Shown: positions 6,552-11,770 of the stretch, one piece after another | Layout: each line of letters starts with the position of its first letter | How positions within the stretch are numbered: position 1 is the first letter of the stretch | The notes under the pieces: generated by a model | The model's input: only the letters and a program-made list of their open reading frames with translations | What the model was told of the DNA's origin: nothing | Databases searched by the model: none | Assembly (NCBI GenBank): GCA_964419615.1 | Contig: CAYQPU010000026.1 | Location: forward strand, 1-11,770 | DNA: 11,770 bases | Source of the DNA: an uncultured Methanosarcinales archaeon | Lineage (GTDB): Archaea; Nanobdellota; Nanobdellia; Woesearchaeales; JAGVZT01 | Direction of reading: 5' to 3' | Position numbers and translations under genes: made by a program

Positions 6552-6717
6552 GGAGGATTAGCTCCGCCTTGGCCAATTATGTGAGTGAGACTTGAATCCT
6601 CCTTGGATGTAATAAGGAACAGTTTGTTAATTCTCAAGAAGCATAGTGTGGAAAATTTACTCCTTGCTAACAAACTGTCTCACGAACAGGCCAGGTGGAG
6701 ATAATTCTCCTCTTTTT
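6552..6717 (+). ncRNA. Candidate structured RNA of unknown family (~160-nt rod with side branch), followed by an oligo-T tract
   Basis: Nested helices: 6552-6560/6702-6710, 6562-6569/6693-6700, GGCC 6571-6574/6689-6692, GTGAGAC 6585-6591/GTCTCAC 6677-6683, and AGTTTGTTA 6621-6629/TAACAAACT 6668-6676. Then TCTTTTT at 6711-6717. Confidence 0.55.
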
Positions 6718-6727
6718 AATCTCATAA

Positions 6728-6742
6728 CGTAAACTATAAATA
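6728..6742 (+). promoter_or_regulatory. BRE-TATA promoter of the MscS gene
   Basis: CGTAAAC-TATAAATA, with the TATA start 26 nt before ATG 6761 and 32 nt before ATG 6767. No SD, so probably leaderless. Confidence 0.5.
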
Positions 6743-6760
6743 CATCTTATCTACTAAACT

Positions 6761-7528
6761 ATGTTCATGGACTTAAACACACCAATATTCCTTGGAAACA
6801 CCTGGCAAAGTGTGATTATTTTTGTAGCTGTAATTCTAGCAGCAACTGTTATTGGTAAAATAATTGAAATAATTTTTAAAAGAATATTCCATAAATTAAT
6901 GAAGAAAACCAAAAACAAGTTTGATGACATTATTGTTGAGGAAGTAGGTCATATTATATTCCATTTAATGCTGGTAGCTGGTATTTATGGTGCATCATTA
7001 ACCTTAACTTTAACAGATACAATCAGGATATACTATGGTAAATTCATAAAAATCTTAATAATATTCATAGTAACCCGATTCCTATTATCATTCTGGAACT
7101 CAGTATTAACAAAAGTAATTCATCCAAAAGTAAAAGCAACAGAGAATGATCTTGATGACTTATTACTGCCAGCACTTAGCAAAACACTAAAAGGCTTAAT
7201 CGTTGTCATGGCTGCTCTTGTTGTAATGAGTGACCTTGGATTTAATGTCCTTTCATTTGTAGCGGGACTTGGAATAGGTGGTTTGGCATTAGCAATGGCA
7301 TCCAAAGATTTTGTAGCAAATTTGTTTGGAGCTTTCTCAATCTATTCAGATAGGATGTTTAAAATTGGAGACCGGATAAAAGTAAAAGGAGTGGAGGGAA
7401 AAGTAGTTGATATCGGCCTTAGAAGTATAAGGTTAAAACAAAAAGATGGCACAACAATAATTGTTCCAAACTCTTTAATGACCACAAACCCAGTTGAAAA
7501 CAAAGATTTTAGTTTTCTTAAAAAATAA
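6761..7528 (+). CDS. mscS: Small-conductance mechanosensitive channel (MscS family), 255 aa
   Basis: Several N-terminal TM helices, the pore helix AGLGIGGLALAMASKDFVANLFGAF, and the beta domain FKIGDRIKV...EGKVVDIGLRS...IIVPNS. The start could be ATG 6767. Confidence 0.9.
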   Translation: MFMDLNTPIFLGNTWQSVIIFVAVILAATVIGKIIEIIFKRIFHKLMKKTKNKFDDIIVEEVGHIIFHLMLVAGIYGASLTLTLTDTIRIYYGKFIKILIIFIVTRFLLSFWNSVLTKVIHPKVKATENDLDDLLLPALSKTLKGLIVVMAALVVMSDLGFNVLSFVAGLGIGGLALAMASKDFVANLFGAFSIYSDRMFKIGDRIKVKGVEGKVVDIGLRSIRLKQKDGTTIIVPNSLMTTNPVENKDFSFLKK

Positions 7529-7584
7529 TCAACTTAGGCAAATTAAAGAATAAGTATTTATAATCTCTCTTAAAACAATTTTTA

Positions 7585-8550
7585 ATGGTAAAAAAAATTG
7601 CTATTGTTGGAGCAGGGTTTGCTGGCTTATCAGCTTACACTACCCTTCATAAATCAAACAACTTTGACACAACTCTAATTGACAAAAGACCCAGCTTTGA
7701 ATACACTCCCTCCTTACCATTCTGCTTAAACAATCCTAACTACATTAAGAAAATCACTTTTCCTTATAAAAAATACTATAAAGATTTTGTGCAAGCAGAA
7801 GTTACAAAAATAACCCATAAGCAAGTTAACACTAAAAACAAAACCTTTGATTATGATTACTTAATCTATGCAGCAGGTTCATCTACAAATTTCTATGAAA
7901 ACAAATCCTTTGAAAAAAACACATATCCACTAAAAACTATAAATCATGTTAAGGCTCTTAATAAACAACTCAAAACAGCACAAAATGTAACTGTGGTTGG
8001 TGGAGGATACACAGGCGTTGAGATTGCAGCAGAACTTGTAAAACATCATCAAGTAAACTTAATTCATTCTCAAAACAAACTACTAAACAATCTTCCGTCG
8101 AAAGCTGGCAGAATAGCTCAGGAGTACCTAATCAGAAACAAAGCTAAAATATACTTTAAAAGCAAGGTTAGCTCATGTACTCAAGACAGCATTACATTAA
8201 GTTCTGCAAAAACGCTTCAAACTGATCTGATAATATTAGCAGCAGGCATCAAGCCAAATGATGAACTAATCACAAACCTTAACTCAAAGAACATATTCAC
8301 AGCAGGAGACTGTTCCCCAGACTCACTTAGAACAGGTCATCATGCAATAGTGCATGGAAAAGAGGTTGCAAACAAGATACTTGATAAACCAATCAAAAAA
8401 CACAATCAATCACCAATGCTTGTATCATTAGGAAACAAATACGGGATTATCATAAGTTACAATAAAGTTCTGCCAACTTATTTAACAGGAATAATAAAAA
8501 AAGTAGTGGAACAAAAAACATTGTTCCAATTCAAAAAACTACTTTTTTAG
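7585..8550 (+). CDS. NAD(P)/FAD-dependent oxidoreductase (NDH-2/AIF-like pyridine nucleotide-disulfide oxidoreductase fold), 321 aa
   Basis: IAIVGAGFAG (FAD-binding), YDYLIYAAGS, VVGGGYTGVEIAAEL (NAD-binding) and IFTAGDC. TTTATAA at 7557-7563 lies upstream. The 3' end overlaps the convergent DoxX gene by 12 nt. Confidence 0.88.
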   Translation: MVKKIAIVGAGFAGLSAYTTLHKSNNFDTTLIDKRPSFEYTPSLPFCLNNPNYIKKITFPYKKYYKDFVQAEVTKITHKQVNTKNKTFDYDYLIYAAGSSTNFYENKSFEKNTYPLKTINHVKALNKQLKTAQNVTVVGGGYTGVEIAAELVKHHQVNLIHSQNKLLNNLPSKAGRIAQEYLIRNKAKIYFKSKVSSCTQDSITLSSAKTLQTDLIILAAGIKPNDELITNLNSKNIFTAGDCSPDSLRTGHHAIVHGKEVANKILDKPIKKHNQSPMLVSLGNKYGIIISYNKVLPTYLTGIIKKVVEQKTLFQFKKLLF

Positions 8551-8928
8551 ATCCATTATTGAACAGCTATTAGGTTTAACTATATATGTAATCAAAGCTG
8601 CAAACAATAACAATGGGTATCTAAAATCTGCCCAGCCATTCTTTAAATGCACAGTAATTACAGCAACAAGCATGATTATAGCTAATAATGTAGCTGGAAT
8701 CTTTGTCCATAAACCAACCAATAGCATTAACCCACCAACCAACTCAATAATCCCAATCACAACTGCTAATGCTGCTGCTAGAGGAAAACCAATACCTGCT
8801 AGCATTCCTGAAAAACCTTCAATCCCAGGTGCTCCAAATAATTTCCCATAGCCTGCAATAATAAAAATCAAACCAATAACAACTCTTAGCAGCAGATCTC
8901 CATATTTAGAATATTTTTCAAGTTTCAT
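8539..8928 (-). CDS. DoxX-family membrane protein, 129 aa
   Basis: LLLRVVIGLIFIIAGYGKL, IELVGGLMLLVGLWTK and VHLKNGW motifs. GGTGAT SD just upstream of the ATG and TTTAAATA box at 8967..8960. Confidence 0.9.
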   Translation of the reverse strand: MKLEKYSKYGDLLLRVVIGLIFIIAGYGKLFGAPGIEGFSGMLAGIGFPLAAALAVVIGIIELVGGLMLLVGLWTKIPATLLAIIMLVAVITVHLKNGWADFRYPLLLFAALITYIVKPNSCSIMDLKK

Positions 8929-9084
8929 TATATCACCAAGAATTAAACAAAAAGCAGAATATTTAAAGTTGATCTTTAAGGGTTCAACACAAAAATGTAC
9001 ACCAAATCAGCACATAAATCATAATTAGTTGCTATCAAACAATGTAAAATAAACTTTATATACCATGGTGAATTTTAAAGTTTA

Positions 9085-9174
9085 ATGGAAGATTGTCCAG
9101 AGTGCGGATGTCAAGTAGCGTTTCAAGAAGGATGTAGAAAATGCCCAGCATGTGGTTGGGGAATGTGTGGTTAG
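9085..9174 (+). CDS. 29-aa cysteine-rich zinc-ribbon micro-protein ([29 protein letters not shown]), missed by the ORF track
   Basis: ATG 9085 to TAG 9172-9174, with two CPxCG motifs and 7 Cys. TTTATATA at 9055-9062 starts 30 nt upstream, which fits a leaderless transcript. This GC-richer island fills the DoxX-purB gap. Confidence 0.75.
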   Translation: MEDCPECGCQVAFQEGCRKCPACGWGMCG

Positions 9175-9180
9175 GACTAT

Positions 9181-9195
9181 CGAAATCTTTAAATA
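9181..9195 (+). promoter_or_regulatory. BRE-TATA promoter of purB-purA
   Basis: CGAAATC-TTTAAATA, a close match to the archaeal consensus, with the TATA start 35 nt before ATG 9223. Confidence 0.65.
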
Positions 9196-9222
9196 TTCAC
9201 AACTAACTTAATCATTAACTGT

Positions 9223-10569
9223 ATGAATAATCTTACAGCAGTTTCCCCCATAGAAGGTAGATACAAAAAAATTCTTGATCTTAGTGAATATTTTTCAGAG
9301 TATGCATTAGTAAAGCTCCGTCTATATGTTGAAATAGAATACCTTATTGTACTATCAAAAAACAAAGTAATCAGAAAAATATCTGATGAAGAATTATTAA
9401 TTCTAAAAAATATTCATAAAAAATTTAATTTGGAAGAAGCAAAGCAAGTAATACAAATTGAAAAAACAACAAACCATGATGTAAAAGCAGTAGAACTTTA
9501 CCTTAGAAACAAAATTGAAGACACATCACTAAAAGATCTAACTGAATTTGTTCACTTTGGACTAACATCGTCAGACATTAATAACATAGCATATTCACTA
9601 ATGATAAAACAATTTTTAGAAAACATCTATGTACCAACAATAAAGCAACTGCTTAGAAAACTCTTAGATCTTGTAGAAGAAACAAAAGACATTCCAATGC
9701 TAGCAAGAACTCATGGCCAGCCTGCATCTCCAACAACATTTGGAAAAGAAATTGCAGTGTTTATGGACAGACTCACAACTCAGGTATCATCACTAAAGCA
9801 AATAAAATTAACTGCAAAGCTCAATGGAGCAACTGGAAATTATAATGCACATATGATTACATATCCTGATATTGATTGGCAAGAGTTTAGTAGCTTCTTC
9901 ATAAAATCCCTTGATTTAAAACCCAATGAGATCACAACTCAAATTGAGCCAAGAGATAACCTAGCCAATTTATTCCATAATATAATCAGAATAAACAATA
10001 TCCTACTTGATTTAAGTAAAGACATGTGGCTATACATCAGCCAGAATTACCTAATTCAGGAAACAGTAAAGGCAGAAGTTGGATCTTCAACAATGCCTCA
10101 TAAAGTAAATCCAATAGACTTTGAGAATTGTGAAGGTAATCTGGGACTAGCAAATGTAATCTTATCACACCTTGCAAACAAACTCCCAATATCCAGAATG
10201 CAACGTGATCTAAGCTGTAGCACAGTAATGCGAAATATTGGTGTGGGATTTGCTCACAGTATAATTGCATATAAAAGTTGTTTTAAAGGTTTAAATAAAA
10301 TCAAACCAAATAATAAAGCAATGCTTGAAGATCTTAGAAAGCATCCTGAAATACTCACTGAGGCAATTCAGACAATCCTTAAAAAACAAGGAGTAGTGTC
10401 TGCTTATGAAGAAATAAAAAAAATATCTCGGGGTAAATCTTTATCACAAGAGGAAATAAACACATTATTGTCAAAACATAAAATGCAGCCTATTAAACCT
10501 GAAGAATACATAGGATTAGCTGAAAAACTAGCTCAAAAAGCAATAAACAAAACAAAGAAATTTCTATGA
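9223..10569 (+). CDS. purB: Adenylosuccinate lyase, 448 aa
   Basis: LTAVSPIEGRY, TTNHDVKAVE, HFGLTSSDINN, ARTHGQPASPTT (catalytic His) and the fumarase-superfamily signature GSSTMPHKVNPIDFEN. It resembles the E. coli-type PurB. Confidence 0.97.
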   Translation: MNNLTAVSPIEGRYKKILDLSEYFSEYALVKLRLYVEIEYLIVLSKNKVIRKISDEELLILKNIHKKFNLEEAKQVIQIEKTTNHDVKAVELYLRNKIEDTSLKDLTEFVHFGLTSSDINNIAYSLMIKQFLENIYVPTIKQLLRKLLDLVEETKDIPMLARTHGQPASPTTFGKEIAVFMDRLTTQVSSLKQIKLTAKLNGATGNYNAHMITYPDIDWQEFSSFFIKSLDLKPNEITTQIEPRDNLANLFHNIIRINNILLDLSKDMWLYISQNYLIQETVKAEVGSSTMPHKVNPIDFENCEGNLGLANVILSHLANKLPISRMQRDLSCSTVMRNIGVGFAHSIIAYKSCFKGLNKIKPNNKAMLEDLRKHPEILTEAIQTILKKQGVVSAYEEIKKISRGKSLSQEEINTLLSKHKMQPIKPEEYIGLAEKLAQKAINKTKKFL

Positions 10570-10575
10570 GGTGAT
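10568..10575 (+). promoter_or_regulatory. Shine-Dalgarno sequence for purA, overlapping the purB stop
   Basis: GAGGTGAT is the full complement of the archaeal 16S 3' end (AUCACCUC) and lies 5 nt before ATA 10581. Confidence 0.75.
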
Positions 10576-10580
10576 GTAAG

Positions 10581-11770
10581 ATAACAGCAACAGTAGTCGT
10601 AGGTCTCCAATGGGGAGATGAAGGGAAAGGAAAAATAGTTGACTTATTAGCAGAAAAAGTAGAAGCAGTAGCAAGATTCCAGGGAGGGAATAATGCTGGC
10701 CACACAATTGTCCTAAATAAAGAAAAATATAAACTTCATTTAATACCTTCTGGTGTATTATATCCTGAAAAAAAACTTTGTATTGGAGCTGGAGTTGTAG
10801 TAAACCCTCAGGTTTTAATGGGAGAGGTAGCAGGTCTACAAGCAAAAGGAATTGAGCCTAATCTATTAATCTCTGAAAAAGCACATGTAATACTTCCGCT
10901 TCACATCTTACAAGACAAAATAACAGACAAAGCTCAAGGCAAACTATCGGCAGGTTCCACTCACAGAGGAATATCACCTGTTTATTCTGATAAAGCAGCA
11001 AGACATGGAATTAGGATGGTTGATCTTTTGGACAAGCAAATCTTGTCAGAAAAACTTGACTATCTAATTAAAGTAAAACAAAACTTCTTCATGAGTAACG
11101 GTGGGGATGCAGAATTTGACAAAGAAAAACTAATGAATCAACTCATGGATTATGGTGAACAACTATCAAAATACATCTGTAATGTATCAATTGAACTAAA
11201 TAACCTTCTTGCAAGTAATAAGCCCATTTTGTGTGAAGGTGCCCAAGGAGTAATGCTCTGTGTTGATCATGGACTATATCCTTATGGGACATCATCTAAT
11301 CCAATTGCAGGTGCAGCATGTACAGGCCTTGGAATAGGTCCAACACATATCAATAGAATAGTTGGAGTTGTCAAAGCATACACATCAAGAGTAGGAAAAG
11401 GACCAGTTCCAAGTGAAATCTTTGACAACACAGCAGATCACATAAGAGAATTTGGTAAAGAATATGGTACAACAACAGGAAGACCTAGAAGAATTGGTTG
11501 GATTGATCTTGTAACTTTAAGACATGCAATAATGATAAATGGGGTAACAGAAATCGCTCTAACCAAAGTGGACATATTGTCCGGGATGCAAGAAATCAAA
11601 GTTTGCACTCATTACACACATCATGGGAAAAAAATTCTTAGCCATCCATCAAACCTAGCAGTGTTTAGGAAAAGTGAGCCAGTGTACAAAACATTTGAAG
11701 GATTTGAATTTGACAAAATAAAAAAATATAAGGACTTTCCAGAAAATGCACGAATATACATAGAATTTCT
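10581..11770 (+). CDS. purA: Adenylosuccinate synthetase, long bacterial type, 3'-truncated by the window edge; apparent ATA start
   Basis: Hand translation gives an uninterrupted frame: (I/M)TATVVVGLQWGDEGKGKIVD...RFQGGNNAGHT...LHLIPSG...EGAQG...KAYTSRVGKGP...EYGTTTGRPRRIGW...LTKVDIL. It is absent from the ORF track. Confidence 0.95.
   Translation, partial: MTATVVVGLQWGDEGKGKIVDLLAEKVEAVARFQGGNNAGHTIVLNKEKYKLHLIPSGVLYPEKKLCIGAGVVVNPQVLMGEVAGLQAKGIEPNLLISEKAHVILPLHILQDKITDKAQGKLSAGSTHRGISPVYSDKAARHGIRMVDLLDKQILSEKLDYLIKVKQNFFMSNGGDAEFDKEKLMNQLMDYGEQLSKYICNVSIELNNLLASNKPILCEGAQGVMLCVDHGLYPYGTSSNPIAGAACTGLGIGPTHINRIVGVVKAYTSRVGKGPVPSEIFDNTADHIREFGKEYGTTTGRPRRIGWIDLVTLRHAIMINGVTEIALTKVDILSGMQEIKVCTHYTHHGKKILSHPSNLAVFRKSEPVYKTFEGFEFDKIKKYKDFPENARIYIEF

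Noticed and set aside
6552-6710. Element read as an intron-containing tRNA (minus-strand ATTCAAGTC resembles a T loop, GTGAG/CTCAC a T stem)
   Set aside because: There is no valid BHB at the required 53/54 junction, and no consistent D arm, anticodon arm and acceptor can be assembled on either strand.
6552-6710. Element read as RNase P RNA or SRP RNA
   Set aside because: GAGGATTAGCTCCGCC and GAACAG loosely recall RNase P CR-I and CR-V, but there is no room for P1-P3. The SRP helix-8 motif (CAGG...GNRA...AGCA) is absent.
10572-10574. TGA recoding (alternative genetic code or selenocysteine) at the purA 5' end
   Set aside because: purB ends at TGA at a normal length, no other gene in the window needs TGA read-through, and SD spacing favours ATA 10581.
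159-10845. Remaining short track ORFs antisense to or nested within long genes (e.g. 159..344, 919..1137, 1491..1787, 1751..1945, 2538..2786, 3958..4218, 4297..4617, 5617..5802, 5893..6147, 6440..6673, 7120..7305, 10037..10270, 10493..10705, 10564..10845)
   Set aside because: These are shadow frames of well-supported genes or of the structured element, with no motifs or translation signals.

Overview
AT-rich archaeal DNA, most likely from a small-genome DPANN-type lineage. The domain call rests on BRE/TATA promoters, GGTGA(T) Shine-Dalgarno sites, apparent leaderless genes and bulge-helix-bulge (BHB) tRNA introns; the lineage is inferred. The left block (minus strand, 8-3735) has three hypothetical genes, a PfkB nucleoside-kinase-like gene, a 38-aa ORF and a tRNA-Glu(CTC) gene. 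The right block (mostly plus strand) has a GT2 glycosyltransferase, an arch-less Ski2/Mtr4/HelY-like helicase, a short MscS, an NAD(P)/FAD oxidoreductase, DoxX (minus), purB and a bacterial-type purA that runs off the window. The main finds are absent from the ORF track. (1) The tRNA-Glu is split into four exons by three introns (19/20, 37/38, 59/60), and the first is a 173-nt, almost fully base-paired multi-hairpin RNA. (2) An unexplained ~160-nt structured RNA-like element follows the helicase. (3) A free-standing 29-aa protein looks like the class II ribonucleotide reductase C-terminal cysteine-rich domain. (4) purA appears to start at ATA behind a perfect SD.
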